64,000 nucleotides of DNA from Planctomycetota bacterium (GTDB lineage Bacteria > Planctomycetota > UBA1135 > GCA-002686595): NCBI GenBank assembly GCA_002686945.1, contig NYYZ01000044.1, positions 18,801 to 82,800 on the forward strand. The letters run 5' to 3'. Each line of letters opens with the position of its first letter. Within the stretch, counting starts at the first letter, position 1. The notes beneath the pieces were generated by a model, which was given only the letters and a program-made list of their open reading frames with translations, had not been told where the DNA came from and did not search any database. This document shows positions 17,634 through 27,258 of the stretch, piece after piece. The translations under genes were made by a program, and so were the position numbers.

Positions 17634-19517
17634 GTGATTCTGTCCCCCGTCTTGTTCAGCCGCGCCCGACCCTGGCTCCCCCCCCTGACCGGCGTCTTGT
17701 TGACCCTCCCGGTCCTGGCTCAAGCGGGAGAGGAGACCCATCTGGGTGCCTGGCTGCACACGATTTCCAATCTGGAAGGGCCGGTGGCCTTGGATTTCAC
17801 ACCCAGTGGTTCACTTTGGGTCGTGGAAGCCGACGGCGGTCGTCTCTCCCTCTTTTCGAGCAGCGGCACTCTCGGCACGCGACTGGAATCCAAGACCCCT
17901 TGGCTGGCTCCCATGGGGGTGGCTGCAGACACGCGCCTGTATGTCAGCGACCCGGCCCGGCGCCGAGTGATGGCGATCGGCGTGGATGCCTGGCGTGATG
18001 CGGATACGGTTTTGCAGGGGCCCGAGGGGTTCTGCCAGCCTGGCGCACTGGACGCGCGCGAAGGACGATTGGTGGTGACTGACCCGCTTGGCGGTCGCGT
18101 AATTCTCTTGCACGGCAGCAAGCGATTGGAGTTGGGCGCGGACCTCCTGAGCGAACCCACCGGGGCCTGCTTGGACGACGAGGGGGGAATCTGGATCAGC
18201 GATGCCGCCCGTGCCCGGGTAGAGCACTTTGATCCGGATGGCAACCATGCAGGAGGGTTTGGAGACTACGGCGCCTTTCGCGGTCTCCTGGCTGCGCCAT
18301 CGGGCATCGCCTGGTGGAACCACAGGATCTTTGTTGCCGACCGGGACAACCATCGCATCAGCGTGCACACCGAGGCGGGCGACCTGCTCTACACCGTAGG
18401 CATGCACGCGATCTGGCCTCGTGAGGGAGAAGGACTCTTGCACTACCCCAGCGCTCTGGCGGTCTCCCATGATGGCACGCGCATGGCAGTGGCAGAACCC
18501 TTGGATGGCCGGGTGCAGGTCTTCAGCCGCGCAATGGGTGCCGAGCCCACCATCGATCCCCTGCGCCGTACCACTCCCCAGGCCGCAGCCCACTACGGCC
18601 CTGCGATTCGCGCCGCTGGCAATTGGATGTTGCTTGTGGAACCAGAAACCCAATCCGTGTTGCTGCACGACAGGCGCCGGGAAGAAGCACCTATCGAGCT
18701 GACCAGCTTTGGTCGCCGAGGGCACGTTCTTGGACGTTGGGCTCACCCCTCTGGAATCTGGCTCGACATGGAAACACGAATGGCCTGGATCACGGACCCC
18801 AGTGCGGGGATCATGGATCAGGTTCTCCTACGCATCGACCCCAAGGCGCCCCTGAACCAGCACCTTGGAGCAGCCGCCTGGATTCGCCGCATGGATCTAA
18901 GGGCCTTGGATCGCGAATTAGGAGGCATCTCGGTCTTCCACGACCCGCGCCCAACGGCGATCTGTCGGCGAGAGGACAAGACCTATGTGATCGACGAAGC
19001 CAATCGCTGCGTACTTGTGATCGATCAGGCCGGAAACTGCATCAAGGTGCTGGGCGCAGGGGTGTTGCTGAGACCCATGGACCTGTGCTTTGACCCTGCG
19101 GGAACTCTCTGGATCAGCGATGCCTGGCAGGGCCGCATTGTGGGACTCGATCCGGTTAGTGGAAAGATTCGCGGCAATCGAGGGCTGGGCGCACTTCGCC
19201 GACCCGATGGCGTTTGCTCTGATGCCGAGGGACGCCTCTTTGTCAGCGACCGGGCAGCGAATCGGGTACTGCGTTTTGATTCCTACGGGACCCTGGACCT
19301 CTCCATCGGCACGGAGGGTCTTGGCCCTGAGGGGCTGCTGGGACCACGCGGGGTATCCATAGGCCAGAACGGCAACCTGACCGTGGTGGACCACAGCAAT
19401 CACCGTTGCATGGTGTTCACGCCGGACGGAGAATTCGTACGAGCCTATGGATCCAAGCTGCATGTGCGACCCGCCATGAAGCCTGAGATCTACGACGAAC
19501 AGGGGAAGAAACGATGA
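17634..19517 (+). CDS. Secreted NHL-repeat beta-propeller protein
   Basis: Repeated NHL-type blades are present (GVAADTRLYVSDPARRRVM, GIWISDAARARVEHFDPDG, RIFVADRDNHRISV, GTLWISDAWQGRIVGLD, RLFVSDRAANRVLRFD, GNLTVVDHSNHRCMVFTPDGEF). GTG 17634 gives a signal peptide (ILSPVLFSRARPWLPPLTGVLLTLPVLAQA). GTG 17601 and 17568 are alternative starts. Confidence 0.75.
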   Translation: MILSPVLFSRARPWLPPLTGVLLTLPVLAQAGEETHLGAWLHTISNLEGPVALDFTPSGSLWVVEADGGRLSLFSSSGTLGTRLESKTPWLAPMGVAADTRLYVSDPARRRVMAIGVDAWRDADTVLQGPEGFCQPGALDAREGRLVVTDPLGGRVILLHGSKRLELGADLLSEPTGACLDDEGGIWISDAARARVEHFDPDGNHAGGFGDYGAFRGLLAAPSGIAWWNHRIFVADRDNHRISVHTEAGDLLYTVGMHAIWPREGEGLLHYPSALAVSHDGTRMAVAEPLDGRVQVFSRAMGAEPTIDPLRRTTPQAAAHYGPAIRAAGNWMLLVEPETQSVLLHDRRREEAPIELTSFGRRGHVLGRWAHPSGIWLDMETRMAWITDPSAGIMDQVLLRIDPKAPLNQHLGAAAWIRRMDLRALDRELGGISVFHDPRPTAICRREDKTYVIDEANRCVLVIDQAGNCIKVLGAGVLLRPMDLCFDPAGTLWISDAWQGRIVGLDPVSGKIRGNRGLGALRRPDGVCSDAEGRLFVSDRAANRVLRFDSYGTLDLSIGTEGLGPEGLLGPRGVSIGQNGNLTVVDHSNHRCMVFTPDGEFVRAYGSKLHVRPAMKPEIYDEQGKKR

Positions 19518-19987
19518 GACACAGCACACGCATCTTGAGTGCATGCCTGGTGCTCAATTGCCTTTGGTTTGGGGCTTGCAACGACAAGCAACAGGACCCC
19601 CAGGAACAACACTCCGCCAGACAGACCCCTGCGGACGAGATCCAGGGCTCCCCCACTCTAAAGGCCGACGCCAACGCACAAGGATTCCAACTGGAACTGA
19701 TCACCAGCCCCCACCCGATCCCCCTCAACGAGGACTTCTCCCTACGATTCCGCCTGCTCGACGCAAGCGGCCAGCCCTTGGACGATTCCCTCGAACACAT
19801 CGCATTGGACGCGGACATGCCTGAACACGGTCACGGCATGAAGGTGGCCCCGGTGCTCAGTCAAGACGAGGGCTGGATCGAAGCCACGCCGCTATTGTTT
19901 CATATGCCAGGAATCTGGGAGATCTATGTGGACCACACCCAAGGCCATGTGACCGAGCGCGCGCAACTCTCTTTCAGGGTTTTCTAG
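19514..19987 (+). CDS. Small lipoprotein with a His/Met motif (YtkA/FixH-like beta-sandwich?)
   Basis: ATG overlaps the upstream stop (ATGA at 19514-19517). A lipobox-like LWFGAC is present. The motif is DADMPEHGHGMKV, and the rest looks beta-rich. The family assignment is tentative. Confidence 0.55.
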   Translation: MRHSTRILSACLVLNCLWFGACNDKQQDPQEQHSARQTPADEIQGSPTLKADANAQGFQLELITSPHPIPLNEDFSLRFRLLDASGQPLDDSLEHIALDADMPEHGHGMKVAPVLSQDEGWIEATPLLFHMPGIWEIYVDHTQGHVTERAQLSFRVF

Positions 19988-19992
19988 ATCCC

Positions 19993-21204
19993 ATGAGCGT
20001 CACTCTTCGTTGCTGGCTCTCCCTCGCCCTTGGATTGGGAATAGGATTCTCTTTGATATCCTGCGGGCCTGGCAATGAACCGAAGGAGGACCAAGCCTGG
20101 CCACTGGAACTGTTGCGCCGCCTTGGTCCGCTGCCCCCGCTTCCGCCCGACCCCACCAACCGGGTCGCGGATGATCCCGCCGCGGCCCACTACGGTCAGT
20201 GGCTGTTCTTCGACAAGCGCCTTTCGGGAGACGGCAAGATCTCCTGCTCCACCTGTCACGACCCAGACCACGGATTCTCGGACTCGCGCTCCATCGCCCT
20301 GGGCCGTGGCCTTGGAGAACGCCACGCACCTACGGTGATCGGAGCGGGCTACCAGCGCTGGCTTGGCTGGGGCGGGCGGGCAGACAGTCTCTGGATGCAG
20401 GCCCTGGGTCCCATGGAGAACGTTGTGGAGATGGCAGGAGACAGAGACGCCATCGCAGCCCTGGTCCGCCAGGACCCGGACCTCCGACGGGCTCACCAGG
20501 ATGCCTTCGGCGAACTGCCCGAAGATGTGGACGCGCTCTTCGTTCAGCTGGGCAAGGCCATCGCAGCCTACGAACGTCTGTTGATACGGAAAGGCTCGCC
20601 TTTCGACCGCTGGGTCCGCGCAACGCTCGATCTGCCCGAGGGCGACGCTGAGGCCATGAACGCTGAGCAGCTGCGCGGGCTACGCATCTTCCTGGGCCCC
20701 GGACGCTGCACCCTCTGCCACCTGGGTCCAACATTCAGCGATCTGGAATTCCACAACAACCAGTTGCCCGTTCACGCGGACGGACCCCGGGATGATCCAG
20801 GTCGCTACCGCGGCGCAGAGCTGGTGCAAGCGAGCCCCTTCAACGCAGCAGGTCCCCACAGCGATGCTCCCAATGGCGAAGCCGCCCAGCGGGTCCGCGC
20901 CCTGATACAGACCTCCGAATCCTATGGGGAGTTCCGCACCCCAACCCTGCGCAACCTCGCGCGCCGAGCTCCCTACGGGCACCAAGGCCAGTTTCCCGAC
21001 CTGTCAAGCGTTTTGAAGTTCTACAACACCCTCGAAGACCAGGATGTGCGCAGCCATCACCAGGAACAATTGCTGCGCCCCCTGCGTCTAGATCAGGCGT
21101 CCCTGGATGCCCTGGAAGTCTTCCTACTGGCCCTTGAGGGCGGCGATCTGCCTGAGGAGCTGACCCGGGCCCCCGCTGCACCGTTTCGAGATCAAGACCG
21201 CTGA
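19993..21204 (+). CDS. Di-heme cytochrome c peroxidase / MauG-family enzyme (lipoprotein)
   Basis: Two CxxCH motifs are present (CSTCHDPDHGFSD and CTLCHLGPTFSD). FRTPTLRN and PYGHQGQF are family signatures. A lipobox LISC lies in the signal peptide. Confidence 0.85.
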   Translation: MSVTLRCWLSLALGLGIGFSLISCGPGNEPKEDQAWPLELLRRLGPLPPLPPDPTNRVADDPAAAHYGQWLFFDKRLSGDGKISCSTCHDPDHGFSDSRSIALGRGLGERHAPTVIGAGYQRWLGWGGRADSLWMQALGPMENVVEMAGDRDAIAALVRQDPDLRRAHQDAFGELPEDVDALFVQLGKAIAAYERLLIRKGSPFDRWVRATLDLPEGDAEAMNAEQLRGLRIFLGPGRCTLCHLGPTFSDLEFHNNQLPVHADGPRDDPGRYRGAELVQASPFNAAGPHSDAPNGEAAQRVRALIQTSESYGEFRTPTLRNLARRAPYGHQGQFPDLSSVLKFYNTLEDQDVRSHHQEQLLRPLRLDQASLDALEVFLLALEGGDLPEELTRAPAAPFRDQDR

Positions 21205-21269
21205 GACTCCTGTAGGCCCTGCGACCTCAGGCGCCGTAACCAAAGGATGCTCCCCGGACACGATCTGGA

Positions 21270-21290
21270 CCCCTTGTATGCAGCAAGGGG
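21270..21290 (+). terminator. Possible stem-loop after the peroxidase gene
   Basis: CCCCTTG-tatgcag-CAAGGGG forms a perfect 7-bp stem with a 7-nt loop, 66 nt after the stop. There is no downstream U-tract. Confidence 0.2.
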
Positions 21291-21334
21291 GATAGACTTG
21301 ACTCTGACGATTCACCCAAGCCCTGCCCCTCACC

Positions 21335-23884
21335 ATGAAAAGCCTGCTCCTGACCTCTTGCGCCCTTCTGCTTTCCACCGGCGCGATTGCCCTGCACGAT
21401 GATGATCCCAAGATCCTGAGTCGCAAAGTCCCGGTGCGCGGTCCCATCTGGCGCAACAGCCCCAGCCTTGCCCCGAGTGGAGGCAACACGACTGCAAATA
21501 TGCCAGGCGCAGGCTTTGATTCCCAAGGGGTGACCTTGGAAGCCTGGTTCCCCCTGAACCAAATCGACAACGCAAACTCAGGTAACGACTGCTGGGGTTA
21601 CACCAGTCCCAGCGGACGCGAGTACGGAATCATGGGCACCTCCAGCGGCACCGCCTTTTTCGAGGTCACCAACCCCACCGCCACCCAACTGATCGACTGG
21701 ATCGACGGCAACGACAGTCTCTGGCGCGACATCAAGGTCTACGGCAACATGGCCTACTCGGTCACCGAGGGCGCCGGAGGCATCCAGGTGATCAGCATGG
21801 CGAACATCGACAACGGCACAGTCAGCCTTGTCAACACTATCGATGATGTCAGCACCGCCAACAGCCACAATGTGGCCATTGACGAGGTTTCGGGTTACCT
21901 CTACCGCTGCGGCGGCGGCAGCAATGGCCTGCGCATGTACAGCCTCGCCAACCCAAGCAACCCACAGTATGTTGGCAGTTGGAGTACGCGCTATGTGCAC
22001 GACGCCCAGATTGTGACCTACACCACAGGGCCCAATGCCGGACGCCAGATCGCCTATTGCTGCGCCGGCCTGAGTGGGGGCTCAGGAGACACGGGACTGA
22101 CCATCGTGGATGTGACCAACAAGTCCAACCCCATTGTCATCAGTCAGGTCTACTGGCCAAACAGCGCCTATAGCCACCAGGGCTGGCTGAGCGAGGACCG
22201 CCAGTTCTTCTACATGGGCGACGAACTCGATGAGAACGGCGTACTGCCCTCGACCATCTATGTGATCAATGTGGCCAATCCGGACAGTGCTTTCTATGTG
22301 ACCTCGTTCAACAACGGGAATCTGGCGATCACCCACAACTGCTACACGAAGGGTGGCCTGTTGTACGCAGCCAACTACACCAGTGGCATGCGCATTTTTG
22401 ACCTGAACCAAAGCGCCACCAACCCGCCGGAGATTGGTTACTTCGACACCTATCAAAGCGGCGATGGCACCTCTTTCAACGGTCTCTGGAGCCTCTTCCC
22501 CTATTTCGCCAGCGGCACGGTGATCGGCAGCGATCTGGAAGGAGGCTTCTTCGTCTGGGATGTGGGAGATCCGGATCTGGTCCTTGCCATCCCCGGCGGC
22601 GCGCCCGAGATATTGGCCCCATCTGGTGCCACCATCGATGTAGACATCACCGAGAATGTACTCGGTGCCTTGGATCCAACAAGCCCCAGGCTGTTCTTCG
22701 ACATGGGTACGGGCATGCAAAGCGTGCTTCTGCAGCCCGTGGGCGGCACGACCTGGCGCGGCGCCATGCCCACGGGCATCTGCGGTACAAGCGTGGACTG
22801 GTACTTTGCGGCGGACTCTACTTCTGGACAGACCTACACGACACCCAGCACGGCACCCACCACGGTCTACACCTCAGTCTTTGGATACGGCCAGAACCAG
22901 ATCGTCAACCTGGACATGGAAACCAATGCCGGCTGGGTTGGCGGTGTGGCCGGAGACACGGCCTCCACCGGCATCTGGGAGCGCGGCGACCCCAACGGGA
23001 CCGCCGCCCAACCGGAAGACGACCACAGCGAGCCCGGCGTAAGCTGCTGGTTCACGGGCCAAGCCAACCCCGGAAGCAGCGTCGGTAGCAACGATGTGGA
23101 TGGCGGCTTCACCACTCTGCGCTCATCGAACTTCAATGTCTCGAGTCTGAGCGATCCTGAGGTCTCTTTCTGGCTGTGGTACTCCAACAACGCTGGTGCC
23201 TCTCCTGGTGCGGACACTTTCCGGGTGGCCCTTTCCAACAACAACGGCAGCAGTTGGACTTTGGCCCTGACCGTGGGGCCCACGGGCGCTGGCACGTCCG
23301 GCGGCTGGGAGAAATACACCCTGCGTATGGGAGATCATGTGGCCATCACCAACAACCTCCGTGTGCAGTTCATTGCCGAAGACGCGGGCTCTGGCTCGAT
23401 TGTGGAAGCAGCCATTGACGACTTCACCGTGGGCGAATTGGACTGCACAGTACCGGGACTGGGAACCCACTACTGCACCCCGAATGTGTCGAACTCCACT
23501 GGTGGGCCAGCGATGATCAACGCCACGGGCAGCGATCTGGCTGCAGCCAACAACGTCACCCTGGCGGCGACCGACCTGCCCGCCAACCAGTTCGGCTACT
23601 TCCTCTGTAGCGCCACCCAGGGCCTGATCGTGGGCCCCGGCGGAGCCATGGGCAACCTCTGCCTGGGTGCCCCTATCGGACGCTTCAGCAACAATGTGCT
23701 CAACTCCGGCCCCTTCGGAGCCATCGATCTGACCATCAACCTGACCTCCCTGCCAGTGCCCCCGACCTTCAACCACGCGGTACAAGCAGGAGAAACCTGG
23801 AACTTCCAAGCCTGGTACCGCGATGTGGTGATCGGAGTGCCCACCTCCAACTTCACCGACGGGATTTCAATTCAGTTCCAGTAA
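21335..23884 (+). CDS. Secreted choice-of-anchor-B (LVIVD-type propeller) protein with MAM/choice-of-anchor-J-like domain and an unassigned C-terminal module
   Basis: A signal peptide is present. GNDCWGYTSPSGREYGIMGTSSGTAFFEVTNP, WRDIKVYGNMAYSVTE and HNVAIDE..GYLY are typical of choice-of-anchor-B/LVIVD propellers. The middle region (WFTGQAN...FRVALSNNNGSSW...IVEAAIDDFTV) is MAM-like. The last ~140 aa (CTPNVSNSTG...LCLG.PIGRF...TWNFQAWYRD) I cannot assign. Confidence 0.7.
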   Translation: MKSLLLTSCALLLSTGAIALHDDDPKILSRKVPVRGPIWRNSPSLAPSGGNTTANMPGAGFDSQGVTLEAWFPLNQIDNANSGNDCWGYTSPSGREYGIMGTSSGTAFFEVTNPTATQLIDWIDGNDSLWRDIKVYGNMAYSVTEGAGGIQVISMANIDNGTVSLVNTIDDVSTANSHNVAIDEVSGYLYRCGGGSNGLRMYSLANPSNPQYVGSWSTRYVHDAQIVTYTTGPNAGRQIAYCCAGLSGGSGDTGLTIVDVTNKSNPIVISQVYWPNSAYSHQGWLSEDRQFFYMGDELDENGVLPSTIYVINVANPDSAFYVTSFNNGNLAITHNCYTKGGLLYAANYTSGMRIFDLNQSATNPPEIGYFDTYQSGDGTSFNGLWSLFPYFASGTVIGSDLEGGFFVWDVGDPDLVLAIPGGAPEILAPSGATIDVDITENVLGALDPTSPRLFFDMGTGMQSVLLQPVGGTTWRGAMPTGICGTSVDWYFAADSTSGQTYTTPSTAPTTVYTSVFGYGQNQIVNLDMETNAGWVGGVAGDTASTGIWERGDPNGTAAQPEDDHSEPGVSCWFTGQANPGSSVGSNDVDGGFTTLRSSNFNVSSLSDPEVSFWLWYSNNAGASPGADTFRVALSNNNGSSWTLALTVGPTGAGTSGGWEKYTLRMGDHVAITNNLRVQFIAEDAGSGSIVEAAIDDFTVGELDCTVPGLGTHYCTPNVSNSTGGPAMINATGSDLAAANNVTLAATDLPANQFGYFLCSATQGLIVGPGGAMGNLCLGAPIGRFSNNVLNSGPFGAIDLTINLTSLPVPPTFNHAVQAGETWNFQAWYRDVVIGVPTSNFTDGISIQFQ

Positions 23885-23990
23885 CCTTCGAAGCTGATAA
23901 CCCGAAGCAACTCAAGCGAGCTCCACACGGTCGCGCTCCTTGAGAGTCTGAACGGGGACGCGAACTACCCGGTCCAAAACACCGGCGGCC

Positions 23991-26228
23991 CTAGAACGTC
24001 GCCACCACCACCGCTTCCACCGTATGCGGCACGAAGGGCGGAGTTTCCATCAGAAGATTCTGATCATAGGCCCAATCACGGTAAGGGGCCTTGTAGCGGT
24101 TGCCCCCGTAGGCCCAGGCTCCTGTGGCCAGGCGGTTCTCCCAGGCCTGGATGAAGGAGCCGTTGATGTAGCAGTGCACGCCGCTCCATTTTTCGTGGAA
24201 GCGGGGCAGGTTTTCGAAGCCACCATTGTAGGAAGATCCCACTGTGGGCAGATTCCCAGTGAAAAGGGAAACGTTATAGGTAGTTTCTGATGCATCTGGC
24301 AAACCGCCAGCCAGGGATTTGGATCCGTCCCAGTTGTTCGAGAGCAAGTTGACCGCGTCTGCAATCACCGCCGAGACGATCGGATCCGAACCGGCGCCGC
24401 CATTCAGGTTGTAGTCTCCATGAATATAGAGCGAACCCTCGGTGACAACGGAAAGATCATCAAGCAGAGTCTCTCCGTTGGTCAAGAGCACACCCTTGGC
24501 AGCGGACCCGGTGCCTATAGCCGCGTGCCCCACGTACAAGAGGCCGTTGGCAGGAAAGATTCCCAGGGTGGCACCTCCGTTGCTGGCCTGATAGGCGAGT
24601 TCCAGGGTGCGCAGTTGTTCCAAGTCCACCTCGACCACACCCACTTCAAAGCTGGTGGATTGACGCGTATCGGGGACCGTGCTCAAGGAAATCGCACCAG
24701 TCACCTCAGCAGTCACATCGCCCCAGCCCACCATCTCGAGGGGATTCATGGGATCAGGGGTCACCAGGGGGCTGTAAGCCCGCCAAGAGGTTCCGTCTTC
24801 GTCCACGATGATTTTCAGTCCCGCCTTGTTGTTGTAGTACCCAGGATCGAAGAATGGTCCAGTATCAGCTCCAGTCGCCGGGCGATAGGTTTCGGTTCCC
24901 GCATCAAGCACCCAGGCTCCGCTCTCGCCGGGCGCGGCCTCCACGAACGCCTGGATTGATTCGATGTCCGCGAGTTGTACTTGCCCCACCTGCTCGGGAT
25001 GGGCGGACCCTGTGCCAACCGTGTAGGGGAATTCTTCCTCGGATGGAATCGCGTAACCATCAGGAGCATCCCAGTACTCCAATGCTCCCGCATGAAATGG
25101 CAACCAATCGCCAATGTCCAAGAAATCCCCATCCCCATTGGAGTCATACCCCACGGTGAAAGCTGAGTCATACCCACTGATGTTGCTTGGGATCGAACCA
25201 AGTTGGGATCGGCTTTCCATACGAAAGTAATCCGCCGGTTCGGTCGGATCGAATGGGTTGGCAACCCACTTGCGCACCATGACCGTTCCGTTGGAAGAGG
25301 TGTCGTCCTTTCGGCGCCTGTACATGTTGCCCAACGCCCGGATGTGGTTGGTGTCCATGGTCAAGGTGTTGTTGCAGCCGAGATACAGATCCCCGTTGCT
25401 GTGCACACGCCCAGAAACCGTCATGCTCGGACCAGGATTGATTTCCAGATCGTCCTCGTAGAAGATCGTGTACTGAGTGGCGGGCGTGCGGGTCACTCGA
25501 AACAGGCGCGTGACCGTAGCCCGTTGACTGGCTCTGCGGGCGTCACCCGATCCGGCAAGCGTGTCCCCCCACAGATCTCGTCCGTCCACCTCAAATCCCT
25601 CAAACAGGGCGCGGGTCGCCACGCTCATTTGATCCAGACTGGCAGTCAACTCCACGTCCGCGGTGCTGGGATCATCGGTGCTGCCCACCAATTGCCAACT
25701 CTCCTGGCCAGAGACGACCACCCTGAGTTCAAACAAGCGGCTAGTGCGACGCAGAAACGCACCGCCCAAACTCGCCTGGGTATAGGGATCTCCGAGGCCT
25801 TGAATCTTCCAACCGATCTTGTGGTAGGACTTCCCAACCGCGCCTGAATACCCTGTAGGCACCATGGTCACACCCTTCATGAAAAAAGCCTCGTGTCCGC
25901 TTGGTACGTCCAAGGCCCAACGCTCCCGGGCGCTTTCCACCACCGTATCCGCGGATGGTGCGGCCTGCTGCCAGTCGTCCTCCCGATACCAGTTCGCCAG
26001 ACGCTCTTCCAGATGCACCGAAGCGGAGGCAAGCACCGCCTCGGCCAGGTACTGTTGATCGACCTCGGTCTCGCGCACGGACACGGACTGGGCGTCAAGA
26101 CTGGAGTTGGCCATCAGGAGAGCCAACATGGCCGCGGACACGGAAGCCCCAAAGAGGGCATAGACCATGGCGATGCCCCGTTGCTGGCGAAACCGGTCTT
26201 TGCGAGATGATTGATTGATAATTAGCAT
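23991..26228 (-). CDS. Giant pseudopilin-like / GspK-like protein lacking Glu+5 (745 aa)
   Basis: The N-terminus MLIINQSSRKDRFRQQRG|IAMVYALFGASVSAAMLALLMA resembles a prepilin leader plus hydrophobic helix but has Tyr at +5. AGGAAG lies upstream of ATG 26228. It is the third gene of a pseudopilin operon. Confidence 0.55.
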   Translation of the reverse strand: MLIINQSSRKDRFRQQRGIAMVYALFGASVSAAMLALLMANSSLDAQSVSVRETEVDQQYLAEAVLASASVHLEERLANWYREDDWQQAAPSADTVVESARERWALDVPSGHEAFFMKGVTMVPTGYSGAVGKSYHKIGWKIQGLGDPYTQASLGGAFLRRTSRLFELRVVVSGQESWQLVGSTDDPSTADVELTASLDQMSVATRALFEGFEVDGRDLWGDTLAGSGDARRASQRATVTRLFRVTRTPATQYTIFYEDDLEINPGPSMTVSGRVHSNGDLYLGCNNTLTMDTNHIRALGNMYRRRKDDTSSNGTVMVRKWVANPFDPTEPADYFRMESRSQLGSIPSNISGYDSAFTVGYDSNGDGDFLDIGDWLPFHAGALEYWDAPDGYAIPSEEEFPYTVGTGSAHPEQVGQVQLADIESIQAFVEAAPGESGAWVLDAGTETYRPATGADTGPFFDPGYYNNKAGLKIIVDEDGTSWRAYSPLVTPDPMNPLEMVGWGDVTAEVTGAISLSTVPDTRQSTSFEVGVVEVDLEQLRTLELAYQASNGGATLGIFPANGLLYVGHAAIGTGSAAKGVLLTNGETLLDDLSVVTEGSLYIHGDYNLNGGAGSDPIVSAVIADAVNLLSNNWDGSKSLAGGLPDASETTYNVSLFTGNLPTVGSSYNGGFENLPRFHEKWSGVHCYINGSFIQAWENRLATGAWAYGGNRYKAPYRDWAYDQNLLMETPPFVPHTVEAVVVATF

Positions 26229-26249
26229 GTTGATTCTTTCTTCCTGACC

Positions 26250-27254
26250 TCACTCTTCGGGAAAACGCGCATCCCCAAAAGGCAGGCGCAGAATGGACTC
26301 CGCGCGGTAGTGATGTGCACGACCCTGGCTGTCCACCCCTCGCATCCACATGGTGACCACCAGAGCGTTGGCGGCGACCACTACACCCAGGCCTCCGTCT
26401 GCGGGGTCAAAGTCCTCCTGGCGCTCCCAATACTGCAGGTCCTCCGCATACTTGATGTCAAGCCAATCGACTCCCTCAGCAATCACTTCCCGGCGGAAGG
26501 GATAGTTTGGATCCCCCACGGGCACACGTGGATCTCGAATGCGTCGGATCAGGTTGTTGCGGCCATTGAGGCCCGGCTCCACGATCCAGGCGATGTCGTT
26601 CAGGCTCCAGGCGATACGAGTTTCCTCGTCCACTTCCAGACGGGCACCATCGAGGCCCAGGTAGAGATCGGAGTGCACCAGATCAGAGATCTCCTGACTC
26701 AGGACCCCGTCTCCATTGCAGTCGAGTTCAGGGATTCCATCCCCAACCCACTCTCCGTAGGCACCACTGATCGAATAACCGAGCACATCGTGATCGGGCC
26801 GGCCATTGGCGTCCTGATCAGCGGGCAGGGCCAAGATCAGAGACGACTGGATCAGGGGATCGCTGCGGTCCAGACCCAGACGGTCCACATAGGCAATCAT
26901 GCCCTGGATCGGGGCCGGAACATGGCTGTGCCCGCGGCTGATGAATTCGGACGCATCCAGCGCCTGGCGAGAACCCGCCATGCGGGCCGTTCCTGGCACG
27001 CCGTTGTAGTACAGGTGCGGGTAGTGAAGCCCGTCCACAATGCGAATCCCGGTCATGCCCAGGTCCCCACGAATGCGCGCCATGGCCTTGCGCGCATCTC
27101 GAACCAACTGCACATCCAGCGCGTTGGCTTCGGTCATGTCGCTCATGTCCTGGGTCGCACCCACCACCCAAGTGGAAAGAGTACCCAGAATCCCGGCCAC
27201 GATCAGGATCTCCAGCAGGGAGGTGCCGCTTTCACGGTGAATAATCTTTCCCAT
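26250..27254 (-). CDS. Prepilin-type N-terminal cleavage/methylation-domain protein (pseudopilin, 334 aa)
   Basis: MGKIIHRESG|TSLLEILIVAGILGTLS shows Gly-1 and Glu+5 with a hydrophobic helix. ATG 27254 lies 4 nt after the upstream stop. Confidence 0.7.
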   Translation of the reverse strand: MGKIIHRESGTSLLEILIVAGILGTLSTWVVGATQDMSDMTEANALDVQLVRDARKAMARIRGDLGMTGIRIVDGLHYPHLYYNGVPGTARMAGSRQALDASEFISRGHSHVPAPIQGMIAYVDRLGLDRSDPLIQSSLILALPADQDANGRPDHDVLGYSISGAYGEWVGDGIPELDCNGDGVLSQEISDLVHSDLYLGLDGARLEVDEETRIAWSLNDIAWIVEPGLNGRNNLIRRIRDPRVPVGDPNYPFRREVIAEGVDWLDIKYAEDLQYWERQEDFDPADGGLGVVVAANALVVTMWMRGVDSQGRAHHYRAESILRLPFGDARFPEE

Positions 27255-27258
27255 CGTC

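Noticed and set aside
21268-21287. Sigma-54-like CTGGAC-N-TATGCA upstream of the choice-of-anchor-B gene.
   Set aside because: The GG-to-GC spacing is one nucleotide too long, and the sequence is the same as the 7-bp hairpin listed as a possible terminator.
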